In this document: one piece after another, positions 9,446 to 18,969 of the stretch
Layout of the letters: every line of letters begins with the position of its first letter
Numbering within the stretch: position 1 is the stretch's first letter
IMG/VR virus record: IMGVR_UViG_3300002179_000002
Span: 1 to 64,000 of that record
Length of the DNA: 64,000 bases
Source of the DNA: a virus
Taxonomy: Duplodnaviria; Caudoviricetes
Strand: one strand, 5' to 3'
Translations under genes and position numbers: made by a program
Notes under the pieces: generated by a model
Databases searched by the model: none
Told to the model about the DNA's origin: nothing
Seen by the model: only the letters and a program-made list of their open reading frames with translations

Positions 9446-10359
9446 TGTTCAGTTCAACAGATATACAGAGAATAGTTGATATAATCCAACATCACTATTC
9501 TTTTATGATATTTACATCATTGGGGACAGAAGTGTTATCTGATGAAGATAAACTGTTTTTGACAAATTATGGTATAGATATTGAGAAATTAGAAGAACGA
9601 TATCCACCCTATATGAGGAACTTTTTATTAGGGCGTCTAACTGCAGTATTAGAAGAGAAACAGGCAAAGGAGTTAACAAACGAAGATTTTGAGAAATATT
9701 TGGATAGGGGACAGTTTATACCACTATCAGAAAGAGAAAGAGCAGAATATAAGATAAGCAGGGAGATCACCTATAATCATCTGAAGGGATTAGCTAATAA
9801 AGTTGTTGGTGCTACAAAAGATATAATGCTCGAGGAGAACAAGAAGAACATTATATCAGAGACAATATCAGAAGGGATAAAGAATAGGAAGAGTATAGCC
9901 TCAGTTGTAAGTGATTTAGGTCATAGAACAGGTGAATGGGATAGAGACTGGAAGAGAATAGTTGTGACTGAGATGCAGAACATATACAATCAGGGGATTG
10001 CAAGTGAGATAATGAGAAAGTATACATTTAATTCATATGTGTATAAAGATGTCTTCCCCGGAGCCTGTCGACATTGCATAAAACTTTATTTGACAAATGG
10101 AGTAGGAAGTGAACCAAGGGTCTTTAAATTATCTGAATTAATTGCTAATGGAAGTAATGTTGGAAGAAAAGTAGATGAATGGAAACCAACGATAGATAGT
10201 ACTCATCCATTTTGCAGATGTAATTTAAGAGTATGGTTCTTAGGACAAGTTTGGGATAAAATAAAACAGGCATGGGAGTATACTGGGGAAAGAATAAGAA
10301 AAGTGATAAGACATTCTAAGATCAAAATCACAGTTGGAGACAAAGAATTTTATGTATAA
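9445..10359 (+). CDS. MuF/gp7-like minor head (head morphogenesis) protein
   Basis: RIVVTE...ACRHC...THPFCRC motif; upstream of the head genes. Confidence 0.8.
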   Translation: MFSSTDIQRIVDIIQHHYSFMIFTSLGTEVLSDEDKLFLTNYGIDIEKLEERYPPYMRNFLLGRLTAVLEEKQAKELTNEDFEKYLDRGQFIPLSERERAEYKISREITYNHLKGLANKVVGATKDIMLEENKKNIISETISEGIKNRKSIASVVSDLGHRTGEWDRDWKRIVVTEMQNIYNQGIASEIMRKYTFNSYVYKDVFPGACRHCIKLYLTNGVGSEPRVFKLSELIANGSNVGRKVDEWKPTIDSTHPFCRCNLRVWFLGQVWDKIKQAWEYTGERIRKVIRHSKIKITVGDKEFYV

Positions 10360-10364
10360 TTAAA

Positions 10365-10392
10365 TTCGTATTACAATTTATATTAACTTTAT
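10365..10392 (+). promoter_or_regulatory. Phage promoter motif TTCGTAT-N11-TTAACTTTAT
   Basis: One of four copies with identical spacing; the ATG follows 6 nt later. Confidence 0.65.
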
Positions 10393-10398
10393 AATCTT

Positions 10399-12936
10399 AT
10401 GGGAATTTTGCAGAACATATCAAACTATTTTAAGACAACTGATGAGAAACTTTCTCGTATAGCAGTTATTGAGTTTGAACTAAAAAAGATTGATTCTGTA
10501 AAAGACTTACTGATTGACCAGTATCAAGATATAAGTAAGGCACTGTCATCAGAGGAGTTTAATTGTAAAGAAGATGTTCACTTTGACAATAAGAAGTTCA
10601 CAAGAGAACTGGCCAAGATTAAACTACAAGAGAAAACGTTTCTAAAGGAGTTAGACATATTAAAGAGCAATAGTGATATAATCCATCACCTAAATAAAGA
10701 TAATCGGTCTAAGGCAGTTAGAATCATTAAATCACTATACAGATCAGGTAAGTTAACATTGGAAGATTATAACAAGGCTGCTGCTCAGCAAACAGAGAAA
10801 GGGCAGACTAAATATTCAGATGTAATAGTCATCAACAATAAGAATGAAATCCTATTAACAAAAAGAAGTCAGTGGGAAGACAACCACAAAGGAGCTTGGG
10901 TGATACCAGGTGGACATGTGGACGAAGGTGAAGAGTTTGAAGATGCAGCTAAGAGAGAACTGAGAGAAGAAACAGGGATAGACGCCGACATGCTCCTACA
11001 AGATGATAAGTTGAATGGCATCTATTGGAAACATCTAGGTATATTTGAAGATGAGAATGCATGTATTTATTACTATGTACTGAACATTCAATCAATTGAC
11101 AATATAGAGATATTATTGGATGAAGCTGAGACAAGAGACTATTTATGGGTGCCACGGGAAGAACTAAGTAACTACCCCATGATTTTCAATATGCGTGACA
11201 ATGTCGTTCAGATGATGGGTTGGGATTTTGATCCACAAGTAAAGATAATACAGAAGGCAGTAAGATTAGGTATATGTGGAGAAGATGTATTACAAAAAGC
11301 TCTGAATCATAAATACATTAGAAAAGAGTTCAAAGATAGTAAGTGGGGGTATATTTATGAAGAGAAGAAGAATAAGAAAGAGAAAGTAGAAGACTTTAAA
11401 GAAACTATAGTTGAGAAGTTAAATCAGTTTTCAGAAAGAAAGAATAACAATCAAGCTAACATATCTGAGTTTGTAGCAAAAGTATTACCAAAAGAAGATA
11501 TTGAGAGATATAAGAATCTATATGAACTTGCTTCAAGTGTTGGGGTACATGTAAATGTAGAAAAGGGGTCTGTTAGGTATGGAGCTGCTGCATGTTGGCA
11601 GTATAATCAAATGAATTTTGACCCATACATAACAAAACTTTATGAAGATAGGTCTAGTTTTACTGAGACTATTAACCATGAGACTCTCCATGGCATTATT
11701 TCCAAAGGTATTGGGGTAAATTCATATAATCTACACAGTGAATTGTTTCCTATAGCAAGAAAGATACTTGCTAATTTTGATTCTGCATCAGACAGCGTAA
11801 AACACATAATTTCATATATATTTGATGTTTCAATACAGCATAAAATACCAGATTTTTATAATGATGAATCTGGAAAGATAAAAGCAGATGATCTTGAAGA
11901 GTTAATTACATATGCATTTACTAATAAAGAATTTGCAGAATTTTTACAGACAATACCTTCAGATAGTGAAACTCCTACTGAGAAGAAAAGTATATTCTCT
12001 GAACTTAAAAATATTATAACAGGATTTATAAAGAAGTCATTTGGTAAGACTGCATTAGATGATATTGAAGAAGTAGTCAACAAATATTTCAATATTGATT
12101 GGAATGTTAACGAATATAAAGAAAGAAATGATAGATACTGGCATGAGAAGTTTAAAGTGTCAGAACACATCAAAAAAGCCATTCAACTCGGTATCATTCC
12201 TACTGAGAAAGTAAATGAGATAGTAAAAGCATTAAATCACAAATATCTCAAAAAGGAGATGAAGAATGGGAAGTGGGTGTACACTTACTATGAGAATCAA
12301 AATGACCAAGCTGTTGAGCGGAAAGAAGATTTCTTAGATGATTTAAAACAGAATTATGTTATTGATTATGATAAAAAGGATAAAATCGTATTCAACAACT
12401 TCTATAGGAATTATCCTAATGAAATGTTAAGTCACCAATGTTCTGTAAAGGTGATTGGAGCTTTGTCTAATAATCTACCTGAAAATATCGTTAGTCATTT
12501 GTCTAAAGCAAGACTACAGTTGGTTGATCAGAGTAAATACGAAAGAGAATCTAATGGATATTGGGTCGGAGCGTTTAATGAAGACTACAATGAAATAAGT
12601 ATAAATAAGCAACTATACGATGAAATTGCAACAGATTGGTATGGTCAAGAGCAATATACAAAAGTTATATTGCATGAATATGGACATAAGCTCTATAGAG
12701 ATGATAAAATAACCGCTGAGAATTTGGTTGATCTATGGTATACGAAAGAAAGAGTATCTCATCAGGCAGAAATGGATGAAGAAGAGAATTGGTGTGAATC
12801 CTTTGCTGCATTCGTTATGGCATTGGGTGATGAAGGTGATACAGAAGATAATAGAGATTTGAAAGATCTTAAAGAAGAATTCCCTAAGACATATGAAATT
12901 ATAAAGAACTTAATATCTGAAATGAATGAAAACTAA
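10399..12936 (+). CDS. Multidomain putative head cargo: Nudix hydrolase plus two HExxH zincin-like domains
   Basis: Nudix box GGHVDEGEEFEDAAKRELREETG; HETLH and HEYGH; two KALNHKY linker repeats. Confidence 0.8.
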   Translation: MGILQNISNYFKTTDEKLSRIAVIEFELKKIDSVKDLLIDQYQDISKALSSEEFNCKEDVHFDNKKFTRELAKIKLQEKTFLKELDILKSNSDIIHHLNKDNRSKAVRIIKSLYRSGKLTLEDYNKAAAQQTEKGQTKYSDVIVINNKNEILLTKRSQWEDNHKGAWVIPGGHVDEGEEFEDAAKRELREETGIDADMLLQDDKLNGIYWKHLGIFEDENACIYYYVLNIQSIDNIEILLDEAETRDYLWVPREELSNYPMIFNMRDNVVQMMGWDFDPQVKIIQKAVRLGICGEDVLQKALNHKYIRKEFKDSKWGYIYEEKKNKKEKVEDFKETIVEKLNQFSERKNNNQANISEFVAKVLPKEDIERYKNLYELASSVGVHVNVEKGSVRYGAAACWQYNQMNFDPYITKLYEDRSSFTETINHETLHGIISKGIGVNSYNLHSELFPIARKILANFDSASDSVKHIISYIFDVSIQHKIPDFYNDESGKIKADDLEELITYAFTNKEFAEFLQTIPSDSETPTEKKSIFSELKNIITGFIKKSFGKTALDDIEEVVNKYFNIDWNVNEYKERNDRYWHEKFKVSEHIKKAIQLGIIPTEKVNEIVKALNHKYLKKEMKNGKWVYTYYENQNDQAVERKEDFLDDLKQNYVIDYDKKDKIVFNNFYRNYPNEMLSHQCSVKVIGALSNNLPENIVSHLSKARLQLVDQSKYERESNGYWVGAFNEDYNEISINKQLYDEIATDWYGQEQYTKVILHEYGHKLYRDDKITAENLVDLWYTKERVSHQAEMDEEENWCESFAAFVMALGDEGDTEDNRDLKDLKEEFPKTYEIIKNLISEMNEN

Positions 12937-13363
12937 GATAGACACAAAACAAGTTCTTGAACTGGATGGGTTCTTTAAAAGATTTAGTACAAAGAGTGAC
13001 GATCCAAAGACAGAAGTTGTCGAAGAAAAAGACATAGAAAAAGCCTTCTCTCACATATCTGACCTCTATATAATGGATCAGATCAGTGATGAGATATACA
13101 ATGCAGCAAAAGAGAGATATGAGATACAGAAAGCACAAAAAGAAAAGTTGATCGGTGGCAGAGCTGATGGTAAGACATTAGAAGATATAGCTGCACATCA
13201 CAACATAGAGGTAAGTGCACTCCAGGAGCAGTACAAGATGGGTATGGAAGAAGAGAAAGAACATACGAGTGATGAAGAAGAGAGAAGTGAGATAACAAAA
13301 GATCATCTGATGGAAGATAGTAAGTACTATACAAAACTAGAGAAGAACATCGTTAGTGAATAA
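12926..13363 (+). CDS. DUF5661-like small head-region protein
   Basis: GMEEEKEHT...ITKDHLMEDSKYYTKL; DIEKA and EIQKA motifs. Confidence 0.6.
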   Translation: MKTKIDTKQVLELDGFFKRFSTKSDDPKTEVVEEKDIEKAFSHISDLYIMDQISDEIYNAAKERYEIQKAQKEKLIGGRADGKTLEDIAAHHNIEVSALQEQYKMGMEEEKEHTSDEEERSEITKDHLMEDSKYYTKLEKNIVSE

Positions 13364-13375
13364 TAGATAAATAAA

Positions 13376-14200
13376 ATGGAAGATAATAAATTTAATTTCT
13401 TTGTCCCTATTAATGATGAATTATTAGAGAAAGCATCTAAATTACCAAAATCAGATAGATATAAAAATATGTTTCTTGAAGGGATGGCTTCTGATAATTC
13501 ACAAGATATAGAAGGTGAAGTATTAGAACCTAACGGATATGAGATTGACCACTTTTTGAAAAATGGACTGATAAATTACGAACATTTGTCTAAAAGGAGC
13601 CCAAAATACTGGATTGGCTCTCCTGTTAAAGCTGAGATTAAAAATAATGAATTCCATATAAAAGCACAACTATGGGAGAACAGTGAAATAGCAAGAGACA
13701 CTTGGGATAAGATTATTGAGATGAAAGAGTCTGGATCTGATAGAAAAGTCGGTTGGAGCATCGAAGGAAAAGCACTGAATCGTTCTACTACTAATCCAAA
13801 ACATATCACCAGGGCACTTATAACTAACTGTGCCATAACATTTTCCCCGGTTAACGGAAATTCTTATGCGGATATAGCTAAAGGTCTTCAGAAGGAAGAT
13901 TATATAGATCCTACCTACGATCAGGATTCAGATGAGAAAGAATATATTATGGAGTTTGAGAACAAAGGTAAGAAGTATAGGGTAGGTAAAGACTATAAAG
14001 TATTTGAGGTATTAACTAAATCTATGGATGTAGCTGCAGTAAAACCACTCACACCTGAAAGTTTAGATAAGAAACCAAAAAATATTAGCCTACCTGACAT
14101 TAAAAAGGCATTAGATAATATATTGAAACATAAGAGTTTATTTGATGGAGACAGTGATTTTAAAAATAAAGTCATTAAATTAGTTAAAAATTCTTTGTAA
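13376..14200 (+). CDS. Prohead protease
   Basis: GMASDNSQDIEGE, INYEH, GWSIEG, CAITFSPVN motifs; precedes scaffold and capsid. Confidence 0.85.
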   Translation: MEDNKFNFFVPINDELLEKASKLPKSDRYKNMFLEGMASDNSQDIEGEVLEPNGYEIDHFLKNGLINYEHLSKRSPKYWIGSPVKAEIKNNEFHIKAQLWENSEIARDTWDKIIEMKESGSDRKVGWSIEGKALNRSTTNPKHITRALITNCAITFSPVNGNSYADIAKGLQKEDYIDPTYDQDSDEKEYIMEFENKGKKYRVGKDYKVFEVLTKSMDVAAVKPLTPESLDKKPKNISLPDIKKALDNILKHKSLFDGDSDFKNKVIKLVKNSL

Positions 14201-14283
14201 ATATTTTATTTATTCAAAATTATATTTTAATTTTATAAACTTAATAGTTAGTTTAGTATTCTGAACATAGAAACGACACAAGA

Positions 14284-15141
14284 ATGGAAAATCAAATTAA
14301 TATAATGTCTGTAGAGGAAGTTGATGAACTTAGAAAGTCATTGACTGATCTTGGCATGGAAGAAACAGAAGTCAACTCCTATATCGAAAAGGCTATGAAG
14401 GTCGAAAAGAAAGAAGAGAAAGAGTCTAGTTCAGAACAAACCATGGGAGAGAAAGCTGAAAAGACTGGCGAAGCAAATGAAACTTCTGCTGATGAAGCAA
14501 AAGAGACTCCTGCAGAACAAGCTGAAGAGAAAAAAGAAGGTGAAGAAAAACCTATAGTCAAGAGTGAAGATAAAGAAGAAGACTTAGAAAAATGTCTTAC
14601 TGAGATGAAGTCCAAGAAAGCTGAGATTGAGAAATCAATTGATGAGATGGAACTGAAGATGGGTAAGAAGAAACCAGAAGAGAAAAAGGAAGAAGAAATT
14701 CATAAATCAGTAGACATTGACATTGAGAAAGCCTTTGGTGAACGTTTCATGGACATTGAAAAGTCACTCACTGAGAAGTTCGAAGATAAGTTTGATGAAC
14801 AGAACGAGATCATAAAGAGCCTACAGTCTGAGATCAAGAAGATAGGTGACACTCCTATGGGAACAAAATCAGTTATTACTAAGGCTACTTTCTTTGAAAA
14901 GAGTTTGAGTAATGAAGAAGACGTAGAGAATGCTGAGAACAAAACACTCTCTATTTCTGGTAACAAAGATGAAATTTTAAAGGGTATGGAAGACATGCTC
15001 AATAAAGAGAAAGATGCCGACGTTAGACAAGTAATCGAAAACGGTATTTTAGACTATACAGTTAATACACGTCCTACTGGACACGGCTACAAGGCACTTG
15101 CTCTTTTAGCACATAGAAAAAATATTACTCTGGAGCAGTAA
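14284..15141 (+). CDS. Capsid scaffold protein
   Basis: Acidic coiled-coil between protease and capsid genes; about 11 hydrophobic-x-K-[ASG] motifs. Confidence 0.75.
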   Translation: MENQINIMSVEEVDELRKSLTDLGMEETEVNSYIEKAMKVEKKEEKESSSEQTMGEKAEKTGEANETSADEAKETPAEQAEEKKEGEEKPIVKSEDKEEDLEKCLTEMKSKKAEIEKSIDEMELKMGKKKPEEKKEEEIHKSVDIDIEKAFGERFMDIEKSLTEKFEDKFDEQNEIIKSLQSEIKKIGDTPMGTKSVITKATFFEKSLSNEEDVENAENKTLSISGNKDEILKGMEDMLNKEKDADVRQVIENGILDYTVNTRPTGHGYKALALLAHRKNITLEQ

Positions 15142-15177
15142 TTTTTAGTATTTCGTTAGATAATTAAATATAATAAT

Positions 15178-16668
15178 ATGTTTGACATTCATGATTCATT
15201 AGGCAAGAATGCTGAGAATTACTCCGATGAGGATATTATCAAAGCAATCGTTGCTGGTAGTCAGACAGGTCGCGATCTAACAGATACGCTATCGTCTGGA
15301 CCTTCCCTGAAACCTGAGTCACTTGACCCAGTTGTAAAGGTGTTGGAAAATAAAGAAAACCATATTGTACTTTGGAAATTACTTCCTAAAAAGAGTGTTT
15401 ACAATACAGTACATGAGTATAACCAATTAACCAGTTATGGTGCTGATGTAGGAATCTTCATGAATGAAGGTGAATCTCCAGAACAAACTGACTCTGTTTA
15501 CAGACGTAAGGCTGCTCTTGTAAAGTATGCTGGTATCCAAGGTGAACTGACACAACAGTCAATGCTTGTTCGCCAGGCTGACGGTAAAGATCCGTACACT
15601 CGTGAGGTTGAAAATAAGACCTTGAAACTCTTAACCCAGTTGGATCAGAAACTTTCAGGTTCTGACAATGCTATGGTTCCTCAGGAATTTGATGGTATTT
15701 TCAAACAACATTATGCAGGTGTCCTTGACATCACTGCTGGAACAGGTTTGGATACTTATGCTAACGACCCTACTTTCATTGATGCTCGTGGTAAAGCATT
15801 GAAAGATTCTCATGTAGAAGATGCAGTACAGGCAGTTGTTAATGATCGTTTTGGTGAAGCAACCAAAATCATCTCCAACCCTGTTGTTTTCAATGACTAT
15901 GTAAAACGTTTCCATGAAAGCAAACGTGTAATGGTTGGTGCACCTAGTTCAGCTACTGAAGGAGCTACTATGGGTCAGAAGGTTAATGATATCATGACTC
16001 AGTTTGGGAAAATTGATGTTGTCAATGATATCTTCTTCGATCGCAGAACTCCTAAGGCATACAATGCTGCAGCTGTTTCAGCTAAGGCTCCTGCCGTTCC
16101 TACTGCTGTGAATAACACCAGTTTGACTATCGCTTCTGCTGATACTTCAACCAAATTTACTGATGCTGCAGGTGGATACTTCTATGGAGTAACTGCTCGT
16201 AATCAGTATGGTGAATCAGCAATGTGTGCAATGAACACTACTATCAAGGCTATCGCAGCTACTGAATCTGTTGACTTAGTATTTGTTGCAGGTGTTGGTA
16301 CTTATGCTGCTACTTCCTTTACTGTTTATCGTACTGAGAAGAACGTCGCTGTATATACAACTGCTAAGTATTATCCATTGTTTGAAGTATCAGTAACACA
16401 ATTAGCTGCTGCTTCAGGTTATGATGGTGCTGCTCAGTATGGTGTACGTGATCGTAACCGAGTAATTGGTAACACACATTCAGCACTTGTTTTAGATCCT
16501 AATTCAGATATGTGGGAATATATCCAGTTAGCTGCCACGATGAAAATCGACTTTGCTATCACTACTTTGGCTCGTAGGTTTGCCGTAGTTAATTATGGTA
16601 CTCCAGTTTTATATATGCCAGGTAAGATCGCCATCATCCATAATATTGGACGAGATATCACTGCTTAA
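15178..16668 (+). CDS. Major capsid protein (SPO1/Twort-like)
   Basis: LKPESLD, TVHEYNQ, EFDG motifs; 496 aa; predicted maturation at K22|A23; followed by a terminator. Confidence 0.9.
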   Translation: MFDIHDSLGKNAENYSDEDIIKAIVAGSQTGRDLTDTLSSGPSLKPESLDPVVKVLENKENHIVLWKLLPKKSVYNTVHEYNQLTSYGADVGIFMNEGESPEQTDSVYRRKAALVKYAGIQGELTQQSMLVRQADGKDPYTREVENKTLKLLTQLDQKLSGSDNAMVPQEFDGIFKQHYAGVLDITAGTGLDTYANDPTFIDARGKALKDSHVEDAVQAVVNDRFGEATKIISNPVVFNDYVKRFHESKRVMVGAPSSATEGATMGQKVNDIMTQFGKIDVVNDIFFDRRTPKAYNAAAVSAKAPAVPTAVNNTSLTIASADTSTKFTDAAGGYFYGVTARNQYGESAMCAMNTTIKAIAATESVDLVFVAGVGTYAATSFTVYRTEKNVAVYTTAKYYPLFEVSVTQLAAASGYDGAAQYGVRDRNRVIGNTHSALVLDPNSDMWEYIQLAATMKIDFAITTLARRFAVVNYGTPVLYMPGKIAIIHNIGRDITA

Positions 16669-16694
16669 ACAATAGACGTATCAACGAAGAAATG

Positions 16695-16729
16695 ACGGGA
16701 GGGGTAGATCTCCTTCCGTTTTTCTTTTT
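16695..16729 (+). terminator. Intrinsic terminator after the capsid gene
   Basis: ACGGGAGGGG-5nt-CTCCTTCCGT stem (G-U pairs) plus T tract. Confidence 0.75.
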
Positions 16730-16752
16730 ATTCACATTTTTAATTTTGTTAT

Positions 16753-17295
16753 ATGATTAAGATTAGCACAGCAGTTTCAAGTAATTTCGGGCATGAAGTT
16801 ATTTTCGGAAGTTTAACATTGAAGTTTGATAAGTTAGGTAATGCAGAAGTCGCAGACCAGAAGATTGCAGACCAATTAACTACAAATTATGCAGGTTGGT
16901 TATTTCAGGGTGAAGTAACAATGAAAAAGGGTAATAAAGCAGTTGATGTAAATAATACCCAAATACAGGCTGATTTAGAAAGAGCACTTGAGAAAGTTGA
17001 ATCTAGAGAATCAGTTATCAGTTCATTGGAGAATGAAGTGAAAGAGTGGAAAGAACAAGTAAACTTATATAAAGACAAATCTGAGAAGGCAGAAGCTGAG
17101 TTAGAGGGTTACAAAATCCAGAGTGATAAAATCATTAAAGAACTCGAATTGAAAGTTGGTTTAACCAGCAAAACTCAGAAGGAACTGGTTGAGTTCTGCA
17201 TAAGACTGGAAATTCCAGAAGAAAGATACAAAAATCTTACTAACAAAGCCGAAATCATCAACGTTATACTCGACGAATCAAGAATTAAAGAATAA
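16753..17295 (+). CDS. Coiled-coil protein with C-terminal Rho-N/HeH-like helical domain
   Basis: Position after the capsid gene; C-terminal KTQKELVEFC...NKAEIINVI. Confidence 0.5.
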   Translation: MIKISTAVSSNFGHEVIFGSLTLKFDKLGNAEVADQKIADQLTTNYAGWLFQGEVTMKKGNKAVDVNNTQIQADLERALEKVESRESVISSLENEVKEWKEQVNLYKDKSEKAEAELEGYKIQSDKIIKELELKVGLTSKTQKELVEFCIRLEIPEERYKNLTNKAEIINVILDESRIKE

Positions 17296-17301
17296 GAAAA
17301 C

Positions 17302-18102
17302 ATGCCAACCATAACATATCAGGTTAGGTATCGAAAGAATGAAGGGCTTGTTATTTCACCAGAGGAACTAACAAGCCTTTATTTTTACGGTATAAGTACC
17401 AAGTCAAGAGATGGCTCAGAGATATCTAACGACTCTATGCGTATGTATATCTTGGCAGCACAGCAAGAGATTGAGAAGTACCTTGAGATCAGGTTCAACA
17501 AGAAGTACATAGAACAGACAGTCACCTATTTCAAGGATGACTATTGGGGTGGATTCCCTATCTTACCCACTAAATTGCCTGTTGCTAAGCCACTTTCTTT
17601 CATCGGTTACCTAAATGGTATAGAACAGATAAAGTACCCCTTAGATTGGCTTAATACAAAGAAAGACAACGAGGGTAACTACTATAAGAAGATACACCTC
17701 ATACCTACAGGTTCTACAACAAGCAGGGCAAATGCTGACATAATATTAACAGGTATCACTGCCTATTTAGGTCTTACTAGTTATGGTCAGGTGCCAAACT
17801 ACTTCAGCATACAATATGTGACAGGTTACAACTATGATGATGTGCCACTGGACTTAGTAAACGTAGTAGGGAAGTTAGCTTCTATACCAATATTTGCCAT
17901 GTTGGGTGATATCATTTTAGGTAGTCCAGGGGTAAATTCAATGTCGTTAGGTATAGATGGTTTATCACAATCCATCAATACAAATATGTCATCTGGGTCA
18001 GGTGGTTACTCAGGACGTATAAAACAGTATACAGAAGAGATCAATGAATGTCTTAAGAAACTGAGACTATTCTATAAGTCAATAAATATATCCTCACTAT
18101 AA
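17302..18102 (+). CDS. Head-tail adaptor/neck protein
   Basis: Synteny; YVTGY..P.DL and SLGIDGLSQS motifs typical of adaptors. Confidence 0.65.
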   Translation: MPTITYQVRYRKNEGLVISPEELTSLYFYGISTKSRDGSEISNDSMRMYILAAQQEIEKYLEIRFNKKYIEQTVTYFKDDYWGGFPILPTKLPVAKPLSFIGYLNGIEQIKYPLDWLNTKKDNEGNYYKKIHLIPTGSTTSRANADIILTGITAYLGLTSYGQVPNYFSIQYVTGYNYDDVPLDLVNVVGKLASIPIFAMLGDIILGSPGVNSMSLGIDGLSQSINTNMSSGSGGYSGRIKQYTEEINECLKKLRLFYKSINISSL

Positions 18103-18893
18103 TGAGCGGAAGTATCAGGACACAAGTGCCACCTAACATGGTTGGAGAACCTCAGATCAATATATTTGACAGAGGAGACTTCAACCAATTGCTGTGGAAT
18201 AGGGGATACGAAATCTCATTAGAAGAAGCTGTTGCATGTCCTTGTAAGGGTCAGAGTTCAGATAGCAGAACAACTTGTGGTAACTGCATGGGAACAGGCT
18301 GGGTATTTGTCAACCCTATTAATACTAAAGCAATATTGACCTCTATCAATAAGAATACGAAGTATAAGGACTGGTCTCCAGAGATGATAGGTACTATGGG
18401 AACGACATTTATGAATGTCAATAGGGTGTCATTTATGGATAAGATAACTTTACTCAAGAATTTTGGGATGATGAGTGAAGTATTGAAAGTGAGAGATAGT
18501 GATAGTGACATATATCCCAAGTTCACTTTCTCCACCTATAAAATGATTGAAATAAGATCAGTATTTATATTCAATGGTGATACTAATGTTTTGATCAAGT
18601 TAGCTGCATCCGATTATAGGATTAACATGACTAATGGTTATGTTTTAGACATTAAAGCAGATAATTTACCAAACGATTTTAATGGTAAGGTATCAGTCTC
18701 CTATAAACATCTTACGACGTACCATGTCATAGACATCCCTAATGACCTGAGAATCACGCAAGAATATTCTAATGCTGGTAAAAAAACAACAGAAGAAATG
18801 CCTGTACATGCTATAGCTCGTAAAGCTCAATATGAACTCGGAAGTGCTACAAATTATGAAGGAACTAACATTCTTAATAACTCCTATTTATAA
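18102..18893 (+). CDS. Neck/head-closure protein
   Basis: CPC...CGNCMGTGW motif as in SPO1-like neck proteins; synteny. Confidence 0.65.
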   Translation: MSGSIRTQVPPNMVGEPQINIFDRGDFNQLLWNRGYEISLEEAVACPCKGQSSDSRTTCGNCMGTGWVFVNPINTKAILTSINKNTKYKDWSPEMIGTMGTTFMNVNRVSFMDKITLLKNFGMMSEVLKVRDSDSDIYPKFTFSTYKMIEIRSVFIFNGDTNVLIKLAASDYRINMTNGYVLDIKADNLPNDFNGKVSVSYKHLTTYHVIDIPNDLRITQEYSNAGKKTTEEMPVHAIARKAQYELGSATNYEGTNILNNSYL

Positions 18894-18926
18894 TTTATAT
18901 TCTTTATAAATAATAAATAAAAATAT

Positions 18927-18954
18927 TTCGTATCAGTTTTAATATTAATTTTAA
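18927..18954 (+). promoter_or_regulatory. Phage promoter motif TTCGTAT-N11-TTAATTTTAA
   Basis: Second copy, upstream of the inserted gene at 18970. Confidence 0.65.
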
Positions 18955-18969
18955 CAAAAATTTAAAGCC

